A stretch of DNA of 63,641 nt, counting the filler. It is 8 parts of 8 records of this genome, joined end to end, with 100 filler letters (N's around TTAATTAATTAA, not from the genome) between each part and the next. Parts side by side here need not be neighbours in the genome. Positions count along the whole stretch, not along the records: positions 45,982 to 52,624 come from SRR31156797_35997; positions 52,725 to 58,469 come from SRR31156797_36008; 6 more parts are not named here. The stretch is one strand, 5' to 3'. The translations under genes and the position numbers were made by a program. The notes below the pieces were generated by a model that was not told the origin of the DNA, did no database searches, and was given only the letters and a program-made list of their open reading frames with translations. Below, piece after piece: positions 48,893 through 58,569 of the stretch (position 1 is its first letter; every line of letters begins with the position of its first letter).

Positions 48893-51799
48893 TTATTCAC
48901 CGAAAACCTCCACATACAAGTTCCTGATCACTTCCATGGAGGATTTAAGGGTTTCATAAGGATCCGGATCGCCGGGTTTGAGGCGAAGCTGCGATATTTC
49001 TTCCTTGTTATAGGCGGCCCTGTCGCCATGCCTGGCATATAGCAGCCCCAGCCGGCTGGCGGTCCGGCAGACGTATTCATACGCGGGAGCGGCCGCGGCC
49101 AAACCTGGAGGTCCAAGCCTTGATGCGGCCAGGGCGCGAAGCGCGGCCGCGGTGGACGTGGATCGAATTCCGCCTTTTTTGTCTTTCCCATGCAGCATTT
49201 GAAGATATTGAGTCAGGAATTCGGCGTCGACCATGCCGCCGGCGGAAAACTTGGGATTAATGAATCCGGGGCGGAGCCTGGCTCTTTCCCTGGTCATTTT
49301 GTCACGCAGGCTGTTAATTCTGGCCGCTGCGTCTTCGGGAATTTGGCTGTTGAAAATGACCTTGTTGGCCAGGGTTTTGATTTTTGAACATAGAAGCGGC
49401 GGACCAAGAGCCCGCCGTATTTTAATCAAAGCCTGACGTTCCCAAAGCTGCGAGGATTGGTGGTAATTATCGAACGATTCAAGCGTAACCACCAGCGGTC
49501 CGCTTCCGCCTGAGGGCCTGAGCCTGGAATCGATTTCATAGCCCGGTCCTGCTTCCATGTAAAGGGAAATGAAACTGATGAAACGCTGTGAAAGCTTGAT
49601 GGCTTCTTCCATGCCGATATTGGTCAGATTCTTTCCCTGACCCAGAATAAATATCAGGTCCAGGTCGCTGCCATAGGTTAATTCACGCCCGCCAAGCTTG
49701 CCCATGCCCATTACGGCAACGGATAAAGGCGAATTCCTGATATCTTTCCCGGGCAATACCATCTCCGCGGCCAGGGTCATTGTCCGTTCCATAACCACCT
49801 CGGCAAGGTCGGTTAGCTGGCTGTTGATCCGGTTTAACGGCAATTTGTCGAGAAGGTCGTATAGGCCGATACGCAGGGTTTCGTCGTTTTTGAAGCGCCG
49901 GATGACAGTGAGGCACGATTCGGGGTCGTCATCCTGGCCGAGCATGACGTCCAGTTCGGAAGCCATGAGGGCCTTGTTTTTTACTAGTACGGCGCTACGG
50001 CGGTCTATCAGGCTGTCCAGAAGAGCGGGATGGTTGATAAGTATATCGGACAGGTAATCGCTGGATCCGAACAGAATGGAAAGCAGTTTAATAAGGGAAG
50101 TATTTTCCTCGAGAAGAACGAAAAAGCCGGCCTTGGGACCGATGCTTCCCAGGAAGCGTTCCAGGTGAAGCACCGCTCTGTCAGGGTCGAAAGACGAGGC
50201 GGCGCCCGCGATCATGGCGGGCAAGAGTCTTTCCAGGTTGGCGCCGTATCGGGCCAGGCTGTCCGGAAGAAATCTTTCCTGGCGGATGTTTCTGCAGGCG
50301 GCCAGGGCCGCGTCAGGGCGCTTGAAACCGGCTTCTTTCAAAATGGCCAGACTTGCTTCGGTGTCATAGAGACTTTCCAGGAATTTGACTCCCCAACCCG
50401 GCGAGCCCAGTTCCTGTGATGTTTCCACGATTTCCGCTTCTTCATCCGCGTCCGACAGCAAGGCGTCATAACGCCGGGCCACTTCCCGCATGTTTTCATC
50501 TAAAGCGCCCTTAAAGCCGGTCCAGGGATCAATAAAGAAACCCATGGACATCGCCAGGCTGTCCCTGGATGTTTGATTTCGAGGCACGGTCTGGGTTTGG
50601 GTCATTTCCCTCAACTGGAGTCTGTGTTCAACAGTCCTGAGGTGAATGTAGGCTTTTGTAAGTTGTTCGGCGTCCTCGCGGCTGATGATTTTTTCTTCGG
50701 CCAGGGCGCTTAAGGCGCGCATGGTTGTTATCTGGCGCAAGTGCGGCAGGCGCCCGCCAAAGGTCAGGGTGAGGGCCTGGGCGAAGAATTCAATTTCACG
50801 TATTCCGCCTGGAGACAATTTGACATCGATATCCGGCTCGCTTTTACCGGGTCTCAAACCTCGGTTCATACGTGCTTTTCTGCTGCGATTGAGCCGGATT
50901 TTGAGGTCTTTAATTTCTTCCAGGGATGTATAATCAAGGTGCCTGCGGTAAATGAACGGAGCTAAATCGTTCAGAAATTCATGCCCCTTTTCAATGTCGC
51001 CGGCGACCGGCCTGGCTTTAAGAAGGGCCATCCTTTCCCATGGCTTGCCAAGGGCGAGATAGTGTTTTCTGGCCGCGTCCAGACTTTGGGCCTGGGCGCC
51101 GTCCTTGCCGCCCGGCCTGAGATTAAGATCGACCCGGAAGACCAGGCCGCCTTCGGTGACTTCACTGATGGCCCGGGTGACTGTCGTGAACAGGAAATCG
51201 GAGACATCGACCGCGCTTGGGGCGGAATCAAGAAACTTATCCGGGTGGTACAGATAGATCAGGTCCACGTCGGAACTATAATTCAATTCACGGGCGCCCA
51301 ATTTGCCCATACCCATTATGACCGGGCGGAGACCGAGGGTTTTGGGGGTAAGCCCGAAACGGTCGGCGGTAAAAATCAGCGCCTTTTCCAGTGTTTCAAT
51401 AATACAGGCATCGGCAATGGAGCTAAGGGTTTCGATAACTTCCCGCAGGTCGGCCCGGTTGGTGAGGTCGCGGGCTGCCAGCCTGGAAAACTCCTTTAAT
51501 TTAAATGTTCGCAGGGCGGACTGCAGGCCGGCCAGGTCGTCTACATTTCTAAGTTGAGCGGAAAGCTCGAAGCGAAGGTTCGGCAGATGGGCCGCCTTTT
51601 CATAGGCCCGTTCAAGAAAGAGCCAACGGGCCAGGTCCAGCCGTGCAGCCAGGGCCTGGATAAGGGCCGGAGAATAGGCGGAAAGAGCGCTAAGGGCGTT
51701 AAGCGAGGAATTATCGCGCAGCAACGCCTCCCTTTCAGCCGATGAGAACTGGCTCAGGATAATTTCACTGCGACCGTGAAGATTGGACTGTGCGCTCAA
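48893..51799 (-). CDS. glnE: Bifunctional glutamine synthetase adenylyltransferase/adenylyl-removing enzyme
   Basis: Two NT motifs, GMGKLGARELNYSSDVDL and GMGKLGGRELTYGSDLDL; VDLNLRP, IDSRLRP and WER. Confidence 0.96.
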   Translation of the reverse strand: MSAQSNLHGRSEIILSQFSSAEREALLRDNSSLNALSALSAYSPALIQALAARLDLARWLFLERAYEKAAHLPNLRFELSAQLRNVDDLAGLQSALRTFKLKEFSRLAARDLTNRADLREVIETLSSIADACIIETLEKALIFTADRFGLTPKTLGLRPVIMGMGKLGARELNYSSDVDLIYLYHPDKFLDSAPSAVDVSDFLFTTVTRAISEVTEGGLVFRVDLNLRPGGKDGAQAQSLDAARKHYLALGKPWERMALLKARPVAGDIEKGHEFLNDLAPFIYRRHLDYTSLEEIKDLKIRLNRSRKARMNRGLRPGKSEPDIDVKLSPGGIREIEFFAQALTLTFGGRLPHLRQITTMRALSALAEEKIISREDAEQLTKAYIHLRTVEHRLQLREMTQTQTVPRNQTSRDSLAMSMGFFIDPWTGFKGALDENMREVARRYDALLSDADEEAEIVETSQELGSPGWGVKFLESLYDTEASLAILKEAGFKRPDAALAACRNIRQERFLPDSLARYGANLERLLPAMIAGAASSFDPDRAVLHLERFLGSIGPKAGFFVLLEENTSLIKLLSILFGSSDYLSDILINHPALLDSLIDRRSAVLVKNKALMASELDVMLGQDDDPESCLTVIRRFKNDETLRIGLYDLLDKLPLNRINSQLTDLAEVVMERTMTLAAEMVLPGKDIRNSPLSVAVMGMGKLGGRELTYGSDLDLIFILGQGKNLTNIGMEEAIKLSQRFISFISLYMEAGPGYEIDSRLRPSGGSGPLVVTLESFDNYHQSSQLWERQALIKIRRALGPPLLCSKIKTLANKVIFNSQIPEDAAARINSLRDKMTRERARLRPGFINPKFSAGGMVDAEFLTQYLQMLHGKDKKGGIRSTSTAAALRALAASRLGPPGLAAAAPAYEYVCRTASRLGLLYARHGDRAAYNKEEISQLRLKPGDPDPYETLKSSMEVIRNLYVEVFGE

Positions 51800-51903
51800 G
51801 ATTTCCTCAAAAAATGATTTATTTATTTTGTAAAGGGCTGCCTAAAATGATCGACAGACACTACCTCATCTATACCTAGACGTATAAAATTGCAATAGAG
51901 CAG

Positions 51904-51990
51904 TTGGCGGTCCGTGGGCCGCGCAATCGTGCAGGCGCCAAAGACAGCTGTGCGGAGACCGCAACCGCGGCCCCCGCCATTTTGTTTTTT
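51904..51990. terminator. GC-rich long hairpin downstream of glnA
   Basis: TGGCGG..GGGCCGCG ... CGCGGCCC.CCGCCA inverted repeat; U-tract not convincing on the glnA strand. Confidence 0.4.
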
Positions 51991-52000
51991 AACTATTCAA

Positions 52001-52624
52001 TTAGCAGTCATAATACATGTAAAACTCGTAAGGATGGGGACGAAGGCGGAGTTCATCCACTTCGTTTTCCCGTTTGTAATCCAGCCAGGTGTCAATGACG
52101 TCCTGGGTGAAGACATCGCCTTTAAGAAGGAACTCATGATCTTCTTCCAGAGCGTTAAGGGCTTCTTCGAGAGAACCTGGCGCCGTGGGTACGTCGGCCA
52201 GTTCTTCGGGGCTGAGCGCGTATATGTCTCTGTCCAGGGGATCGCCGGGGTGAATCTTGTTCTGGATGCCGTCCAGGCCGGCCATGAGCATTGCGGAGAA
52301 AGCCAGGTATCCGTTGCATGACGGGTCCGGGAACCTGATTTCGACGCGTTTTGCCTTCGGGCTGGCCGAATACATGGGGATGCGGCAGGCGGCCGAACGG
52401 TTGCGACTTGAATAGGCCATTTTGTTGGGCGCTTCAAAACCCGGGACAAGACGTTTGTACGAGTTGGTCGTGGGGTTGGTGAAAGCGCAGAGTGCGTCGG
52501 CGTGCTGGAGGATTCCGCCGATGAAGTACATGGCCATCTCGGACAGGCCGCCGTATTCGTTTCCGGCAAAGAGCGGTTCGCCCTCTTTCCAGAGGCTGAT
52601 ATGGGTGTGCATGCCGGTGCCGTT
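52001..52624 (-). CDS. glnA: Type I glutamine synthetase, C-terminal part
   Basis: [29 protein letters not shown] and RVEIRFPDP; adenylylation-site Tyr in DRDIYAL. Confidence 0.97.
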   Translation of the reverse strand, partial: NGTGMHTHISLWKEGEPLFAGNEYGGLSEMAMYFIGGILQHADALCAFTNPTTNSYKRLVPGFEAPNKMAYSSRNRSAACRIPMYSASPKAKRVEIRFPDPSCNGYLAFSAMLMAGLDGIQNKIHPGDPLDRDIYALSPEELADVPTAPGSLEEALNALEEDHEFLLKGDVFTQDVIDTWLDYKRENEVDELRLRPHPYEFYMYYDC

Positions 52625-52724
52625 NNNNNNNNNNNNNNNNNNNNNNNNNNNNNNNNNNNNNNNNNNNNTTAATTAATTAANNNNNNNNNNNNNNNNNNNN
52701 NNNNNNNNNNNNNNNNNNNNNNNN
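52625..52724. other. Artificial contig linker
   Basis: N-run + TTAATTAATTAA + N-run. Confidence 0.99.
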
Positions 52725-52877
52725 AAACCGGGCCGGATAAATCAACAGGGTGAATCCAAATGAATGCTCAAAGGATCCATGCAAATTTCAAAACTATGAC
52801 AGCCAAATCCAGGCTATGGAAAGCAGATTCCACTACCTTTAACCCTAAGAATCAACACAGAGTCTTCGACCCGGTTA

Positions 52878-52960
52878 GTGTAACCAAAAAGTTAGAGCGG
52901 CCAAATTAACAGCCGGGCAATTTTGCGTTCCAGGCTTGGCCGCTCAACTTAATGAGGACG
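52878..52960 (+). repeat. attC-like imperfect palindrome (degenerate integron cassette site)
   Basis: GTGTAAC, then AAGTTaGAGCGGCCAA ... TTGGCCGCTCAACTT (15 bp with one unpaired base); the expected GTT of the R' box is absent. Confidence 0.5.
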
Positions 52961-53104
52961 CCGGGTGAGGGATGAACAATCGATTGACGATATGTTACCG
53001 CTGCACATATGTAAGATAGTGAGTTAAATATTAAAATGAGTAACTCAAAAGAATACAAATAGTAATTGAGAATATGTAAATTCAATCTGATTTGAAGGAA
53101 TGTA

Positions 53105-56100
53105 ATGCCACACTATAGAAAAACATTTCGCCTCTTTGTCAGCTCCACCTTTTCGGATATGCAGGAAGAACGTCATGCCCTGCAAAAGAATGTCTTTCCA
53201 AGGCTTGAAGAGTTATGTCGGGAAAAGGGGGCTAAGTTCCAGGCCGTTGATCTGCGTTGGGGGGTAAATGAGGAATCCCAGTTAAACCAAAAGACCATGG
53301 ACATTTGTCTGAACGAAATTAGCCGATGTCAGAAAATTTCGCCCAAGCCAAATTTTATTGTTCTCCTGGGCGAACGCTATGGCTGGCAGCCGTTACCATA
53401 CAGGATTCCTGAAGAAGAGATGATAAAAATCTTAACAGTAGCCGGTGACGATGGGAAGTTGCTTGCCACCTGGTACAGACTGGATGAAAATGCTGTTCCG
53501 TCGAAATATATCCTCCAGCCCAGAGGTGCAGAACATAATGAATATGAGACCTGGGCTCCGGTGGAACAGTTACTGCTGAGTGCGTTGCGTTCAGCAGTCA
53601 ATAAACTTTCTTTCTCAGAAAAACAGCGGATTAAATACTTCACCTCCGCCACCCACCAAGAGATCATGGATGGTGCCCTGCAACCTCCTGGTAAGCTGGA
53701 ATACCACCCCAGAGAGCATGTATTTGCCTATCTGCGTAAAGTGACCAACCCACCGGAAAATAATACTAAATATGAAAAAAAATGGCGGGATACTGACCCC
53801 AACAGCCAGGAAATGCTGCGTACACTGAAAGATCAATTAGAAGGTGAACTCAAGGACCATTGTTCAGCTTATTCCGCCTACTGGACCGACAACAAAATTA
53901 CCCCGAAGAGTATTGATGATTTTACCAACAAGGTTTTTACCGACCTGTCTGCAATAATCAGTGATCAATTGCGGGAAGCTATTTCCGAAGATGAGCTTGT
54001 CGATGAGATTAGCAACCATCGAAAAGTCAGGCAAGAACTGGTTCGACACTTTACCGGTAGAAATGATGAGTTGGATACTATCAGTTCATATCTTTGTGAC
54101 ACAAGCAAAAGGAAGGTTTTAAGCTTAATCGGTGCATCAGGCTCTGGCAAGTCTTCGGTATTAGCCCAGGCCATTGCTGAGGCCGAACAAGGTGGATTAC
54201 CGGTCACCTATCGATTTATAGGGACTTCATCGCTTTCTTCAAATGTCGTTAACATGCTGCAACTCCTTTGCCAGGAGATTGCCACCTCCTTTGGCAAGAC
54301 CATTGAGTCTCTATTGGAAGATAGCGATGAACAGGATATGTCTGAGTTGGCAGGGCTGCAGAAAATTTTTTCTAAATGTATAGCCCTGGCGAATCGAGAG
54401 CGGCCCATCACTTTATTCCTTGATGCTTTGGATCAGCTTTCTGATTTAGAAGCAGATGATCGTCTGAACTGGCTGCCCCAAGAACTCCCCGCCCATGTCA
54501 AACTCATTGTCTCAGGGTTGCCAGAGTTAGAAGTCGAGCTATCCGCCACTGAGATCCACCATTTGCCTGGTCTGCCAACCCAGGATGCTCAAATCCTCCT
54601 GGAACGCTGGCTTACAGCTATCAACCGCACTATCACAAAAAAACAGCAAAAGGAAATTATTGAAAAATTTGCCTGCAATGGCCTGCCAATCTACCTCAAA
54701 CTCGCCTTTGAAAGGGCCAGCACCTATCACTCCTATACCCCTGTCGAACCGTTACCGGATAATGTTGCCGGAATCCTGGATAGCTGGCTAACAAAGCTAG
54801 AAAATGAGCACACCAAAATCCTGGTAAACAAGATTTTCCTGTTTATGCTTTGCGGTAAATACCAAGGGCTTACTGAGGATGAAATCCTTGATCTGCTGGT
54901 CTTTGATGAAGAATACTGGCAGGCTTTTTTGAAATCCTGCCATCCCGATCACCGATCTGATGTTGAGACTGCAAGACAAATGCCCATTGTGGTCTGGTCC
55001 AGACTCTATCTTGACCTGGAACCTTATCTTACTGAACGTAATGCAGGTGGTGAAACTATTATTTGTTTCTATCACAGGCAGTTTAATGAATTGATTGGCA
55101 ATCTTCTGTTCTTCGAGGATAAAAGAATTTTCGGTCATAAAATACTTGCCGAGTATTTTAGGAATAGAGGGCTGTTTTCAGAAAAAAAGAGACTGATCAA
55201 TCCTGATATTCGAAAATTAGTTGAACAACCATTTCAACAAACAAAGGCCGGGATGTTGGATGAGGTAAAAAAGACTCTATGTGATTTGATATTTATTCAT
55301 GCAAAAATTAACGCAAATATGTTGTTGGAACTGCAGTCAGACTTCAGAATGGCTATTAAAGAAGCTGAAGAGAATATCAGTGCCAGCCATGAACTTGATA
55401 TTTTTTATCATGCGCTTATGCGTGATATGCACAAATTATTGATAGCGCCGAAACATTCATTTCAAATTATGTATAATGGGGTGTGGTGGGAAACTGGCGT
55501 TTCATCGAAGAAATTGGATCAATATAGAGAGAGATATTTAGAATCGGGCAATTTTTTATTAAAACAGTACAGAAAGCCTGAAATTATTAAGAGTAGCTCG
55601 ATATTAACATTGGCAGGACACACAGGAATGGTAAATGCCTGCACATTTTCACCGGATAGTAAAAAAATAGTTTCAGCCAGTGTTGATAACAGCATAAAAT
55701 TGTGGGATGCGGAAACCGGAACAGAGATTGCCTCTCTTGTCGGCCATACTAAGCAGGTAAATACCTGTGCCTTTTCACAGAACGGTAAAAGAATCGTTTC
55801 TTCTGGTAATGAGAATACCATCAAAGTGTGGGATGTGGAAAGAGGGGTGGAAATTACATCATTCAAACATGCTGATTATATATTATTCTGTGAATTCTCA
55901 CCCGATGGGAGAAAAATTGTTGCGGGTGGAGGCAATTCGATAGGAGATGATCCTGGTACGCTACGGCTGTGGGATACAGAAACCGGCCAGGAGCTCACTT
56001 CACTTACCGGGCATGACAATCCTGTGGAGTTCTGTACCTTTTCGTCAGATGGCAAAAGATTGATTTCAGGGAGTAAAAAAGGGGTGTTAAGAGGGCTGTG

Positions 56101-57688
56101 GGAGCTAAAACTATGGGATATGGACACTGGACAGGAAATCGATATCCTTAACAGTTTTACTGCCCAATTAACACCGTATGCATACTCCCCGGATTTAAAA
56201 AAAATGGTTTCGATTGTTGATGATACCAAACTAAAACTGTGGCACTTGGAAACCGGATTGGAGATTGCCACACTTTCTGGTCATGATGATCCAGTAAGGG
56301 CCTGTGCATTCTCACCAGATGGTAAAAAACTGTTTTCCTGCAGTCACGGTAATTCAGCCCATGAGAGCATCATAAATATATGGGATTCGGAAACCGGTCA
56401 AAAAATCGTATCTTTCAATAAGTGCAGTCAATATGGAAATTATACATTCTCACCAGATAGTAAAAAAATTATTTGTGAAAGATACGTTTGCGAAGATGAT
56501 GGCGAGTACAATGCACTGCAGCTTTGGAATATCGATACGGGAAATGAGATTACCAAACTCAAAGATCCTGGCTCTATATTTTCCTTCGCATTCTCGCCAG
56601 ACAGCAAAAAGTTTATTACCAGTGCCGATGATAACACCATAAAACTCTGGGATTCGAAAACTACTCGAAAAATTGCTTCTTATGCGATCGACACAGATAT
56701 TATGGGTACGGGTTATCATTCAATCGCTGGAAAAGGAATATTCTCTTGTGCATTTTCACCAGATGGGAAAAAAATAATTTCTGGCAGTTCTAATGAAATC
56801 ATAAAAATATGGGATACAGACACCGGCGATAGGATTTCTACAATTATTGAAGATAGTAATGTCTGTGTTTTTTCACCAGATGGTAAAACAATAGCCACCG
56901 GAGATGACAATAACACCCTAAACTTATGGAATTGGAAAGCCGGGCGTAAGATTAAGTCTTTTGAAGGCCATACTGAATACAAGTATAGTACCGTAGAATC
57001 TTGTGCTTTCTCGCCAGACGGTAAAAAAATCGTTTCTGGACATACTGATGGTAGCCTGAATTTACGAAATTCCAAAACTGGAGCAGAGATAGTACATCGT
57101 ACCGGTTGGGTAAACTCAATAAGAAACCTTTTAACACGTTCTAGGAATAAACCATCTAAAAATACCACAGCCTTTATCGGACACACAGGAAATATATGTG
57201 CCTGTGCATTCTCACCCGATGGAGAAAAAATAGTCTCTGGAGATGAGAATGGCACCTTAAAGATGTGGGATTCAATAACTGGACAGGAGATTGAATCTTT
57301 TATCGGGCATAATGATTATGTTAACGACTGTGCATTCTCACCAGATGGGAAAAGAATCGTTTCCGTGGGTGGGCATGATGACAGATTAAAATTGTGGGAT
57401 ACGGGAACCGGGCTGGAAATAACCACTCCCATGCATACTGATTATATGTCATTCTGCGTATTCTTTCCGGATGGTACAAAAATACTAACCGGAGGAGGAT
57501 CCCCCGGCAGTAATTCTAATACCCTGAAATTGTGGGACTCTGAAACAGGGGCGGAAATTGTCGGTTTCCGCTTTTACACGGACTACCTTTTAAGATCATG
57601 TGATATATCTCCATGTGGCAAAATAATTGCTTGTGGAGATGATGATGGAAATTTTTATTTGTTAAAAATTGAAGGATTGGAAAAATGA
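53105..57688 (+). CDS. NLR-like STAND protein: DUF4062 - NACHT - helical domain - 15 WD40 repeats (NWD1/TEP1-like architecture)
   Basis: RLFVSSTFSDMQEER, VDLRWG and LLGERYGW; Walker A GASGSGKS; Walker B LFLDALDQL; GLPIYLKL; FYHRQF; repeated GH...CAFSPDG...LWD. Confidence 0.92.
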   Translation: MPHYRKTFRLFVSSTFSDMQEERHALQKNVFPRLEELCREKGAKFQAVDLRWGVNEESQLNQKTMDICLNEISRCQKISPKPNFIVLLGERYGWQPLPYRIPEEEMIKILTVAGDDGKLLATWYRLDENAVPSKYILQPRGAEHNEYETWAPVEQLLLSALRSAVNKLSFSEKQRIKYFTSATHQEIMDGALQPPGKLEYHPREHVFAYLRKVTNPPENNTKYEKKWRDTDPNSQEMLRTLKDQLEGELKDHCSAYSAYWTDNKITPKSIDDFTNKVFTDLSAIISDQLREAISEDELVDEISNHRKVRQELVRHFTGRNDELDTISSYLCDTSKRKVLSLIGASGSGKSSVLAQAIAEAEQGGLPVTYRFIGTSSLSSNVVNMLQLLCQEIATSFGKTIESLLEDSDEQDMSELAGLQKIFSKCIALANRERPITLFLDALDQLSDLEADDRLNWLPQELPAHVKLIVSGLPELEVELSATEIHHLPGLPTQDAQILLERWLTAINRTITKKQQKEIIEKFACNGLPIYLKLAFERASTYHSYTPVEPLPDNVAGILDSWLTKLENEHTKILVNKIFLFMLCGKYQGLTEDEILDLLVFDEEYWQAFLKSCHPDHRSDVETARQMPIVVWSRLYLDLEPYLTERNAGGETIICFYHRQFNELIGNLLFFEDKRIFGHKILAEYFRNRGLFSEKKRLINPDIRKLVEQPFQQTKAGMLDEVKKTLCDLIFIHAKINANMLLELQSDFRMAIKEAEENISASHELDIFYHALMRDMHKLLIAPKHSFQIMYNGVWWETGVSSKKLDQYRERYLESGNFLLKQYRKPEIIKSSSILTLAGHTGMVNACTFSPDSKKIVSASVDNSIKLWDAETGTEIASLVGHTKQVNTCAFSQNGKRIVSSGNENTIKVWDVERGVEITSFKHADYILFCEFSPDGRKIVAGGGNSIGDDPGTLRLWDTETGQELTSLTGHDNPVEFCTFSSDGKRLISGSKKGVLRGLWELKLWDMDTGQEIDILNSFTAQLTPYAYSPDLKKMVSIVDDTKLKLWHLETGLEIATLSGHDDPVRACAFSPDGKKLFSCSHGNSAHESIINIWDSETGQKIVSFNKCSQYGNYTFSPDSKKIICERYVCEDDGEYNALQLWNIDTGNEITKLKDPGSIFSFAFSPDSKKFITSADDNTIKLWDSKTTRKIASYAIDTDIMGTGYHSIAGKGIFSCAFSPDGKKIISGSSNEIIKIWDTDTGDRISTIIEDSNVCVFSPDGKTIATGDDNNTLNLWNWKAGRKIKSFEGHTEYKYSTVESCAFSPDGKKIVSGHTDGSLNLRNSKTGAEIVHRTGWVNSIRNLLTRSRNKPSKNTTAFIGHTGNICACAFSPDGEKIVSGDENGTLKMWDSITGQEIESFIGHNDYVNDCAFSPDGKRIVSVGGHDDRLKLWDTGTGLEITTPMHTDYMSFCVFFPDGTKILTGGGSPGSNSNTLKLWDSETGAEIVGFRFYTDYLLRSCDISPCGKIIACGDDDGNFYLLKIEGLEK
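55610..57670 (+). repeat. WD40 repeat array, 15 units counted by eye
   Basis: Recurrent FSPDG/S and (L/I)W(D/N); DNA core TGTGCATTCTCACCAGATGG recurs with small changes. Confidence 0.88.
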
Positions 57689-58251
57689 CAATACGATCAG
57701 AAGATAAAATACATCGCACTTTTGTAGGTTCCAGTTTTTTGTTTGCTTTATTTATTTCAATTACTCTTTTTTTCTTTAATAAAGAGCTGCATAATATTGT
57801 CAGCACATATGTCGATGAAAATGTCATTTTTTGGACTCTATTGTTGGGGGGTCCATTGTTTGTCATCTTTCCTTTAGGTGGATGGAAATATTGGCGAAAA
57901 TATGATGGATTATTCTTGATATTCTATTACCTTGGAGAAATATATCCTTCTCAGCTTATCGGTACGACGGCTTTATTTGTAATTAATGCAATAAAATATA
58001 AATATGGATGTCCGACATGGGTTTTTACAGCAGTCGTTTTAATTGCATCCCTCACTCATCTTGTAAGTAATTCAGACAATTGCCCCATATGCAACAAACC
58101 GTTAAGCATTAAAACCGGCAGAGACATGTCTTTTGGCCAATTATTTGATTGGTGTCACGTTGATTGTCCGTGGTGCAAATTCAAGATCCGTACAAATACT
58201 TGGGAGGAGGCACAAGCTCATCTTAAAAAATTAAGGGCCATGAAAAGCTAA
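57685..58251 (+). CDS. Hypothetical membrane protein (about 4 TM) with C-terminal Zn-ribbon-like motif
   Basis: Hydrophobic segments, then CPIC...CPWC; ATGA overlap with the NACHT gene stop. Confidence 0.75.
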   Translation: MTIRSEDKIHRTFVGSSFLFALFISITLFFFNKELHNIVSTYVDENVIFWTLLLGGPLFVIFPLGGWKYWRKYDGLFLIFYYLGEIYPSQLIGTTALFVINAIKYKYGCPTWVFTAVVLIASLTHLVSNSDNCPICNKPLSIKTGRDMSFGQLFDWCHVDCPWCKFKIRTNTWEEAQAHLKKLRAMKS

Positions 58252-58291
58252 ACTTTATAAAAAAAGCTGGGGCTAAAGAAAAAGGGCGTAG

Positions 58292-58469
58292 CCAGCTCAC
58301 GGATCACTGCATTGGCGGACAGCCAACCCCTTGGGACAGGCTCCTGATCCCCATGAGCCGACATACGGTGGCAAGCCGCCCCGTCGATGTGAACTCTTGG
58401 GGGCGGCCTGTTATATCCCCGGCAACGACAGCGTACCTCTTATCCGTTGAGCGACGGCCCTTCCATTCA
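58292..58469 (-). rRNA. Degenerate fragment of 23S rRNA domain V (peptidyl-transferase region)
   Basis: Blocks CCAGCTCACG, CCCTTGGGAC, ATGAGCCGACAT, CCGTCGATGTGAACTCTTGGG and TTATCCGTTGAGCGACGGCCCTTCCA match the 23S reverse complement, separated by indels. Confidence 0.8.
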
Positions 58470-58569
58470 NNNNNNNNNNNNNNNNNNNNNNNNNNNNNNN
58501 NNNNNNNNNNNNNTTAATTAATTAANNNNNNNNNNNNNNNNNNNNNNNNNNNNNNNNNNNNNNNNNNNN
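58470..58569. other. Artificial contig linker
   Basis: N-run + TTAATTAATTAA + N-run. Confidence 0.99.

Noticed and set aside
55610-57670. Recurring TTCTCACCAGAT-type words as a CRISPR array or DGR template/variable repeat
   Set aside because: The repeats are in-frame, degenerate at codon third positions and unevenly spaced. No cas gene, reverse transcriptase or adenine-specific repeat pair was seen.
58292-58469. A functional rRNA operon
   Set aside because: The fragment is short, has indels in invariant positions, and lacks the 23S 3' end and 5S gene.
11649-58569. Seven identical TTAATTAATTAA motifs inside N-runs as a biological repeat, and any gene linkage across them
   Set aside because: These are 100-nt artificial linkers with stops in all frames, and the flanks come from different organisms. 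ORF-track entries running into them have false ends.
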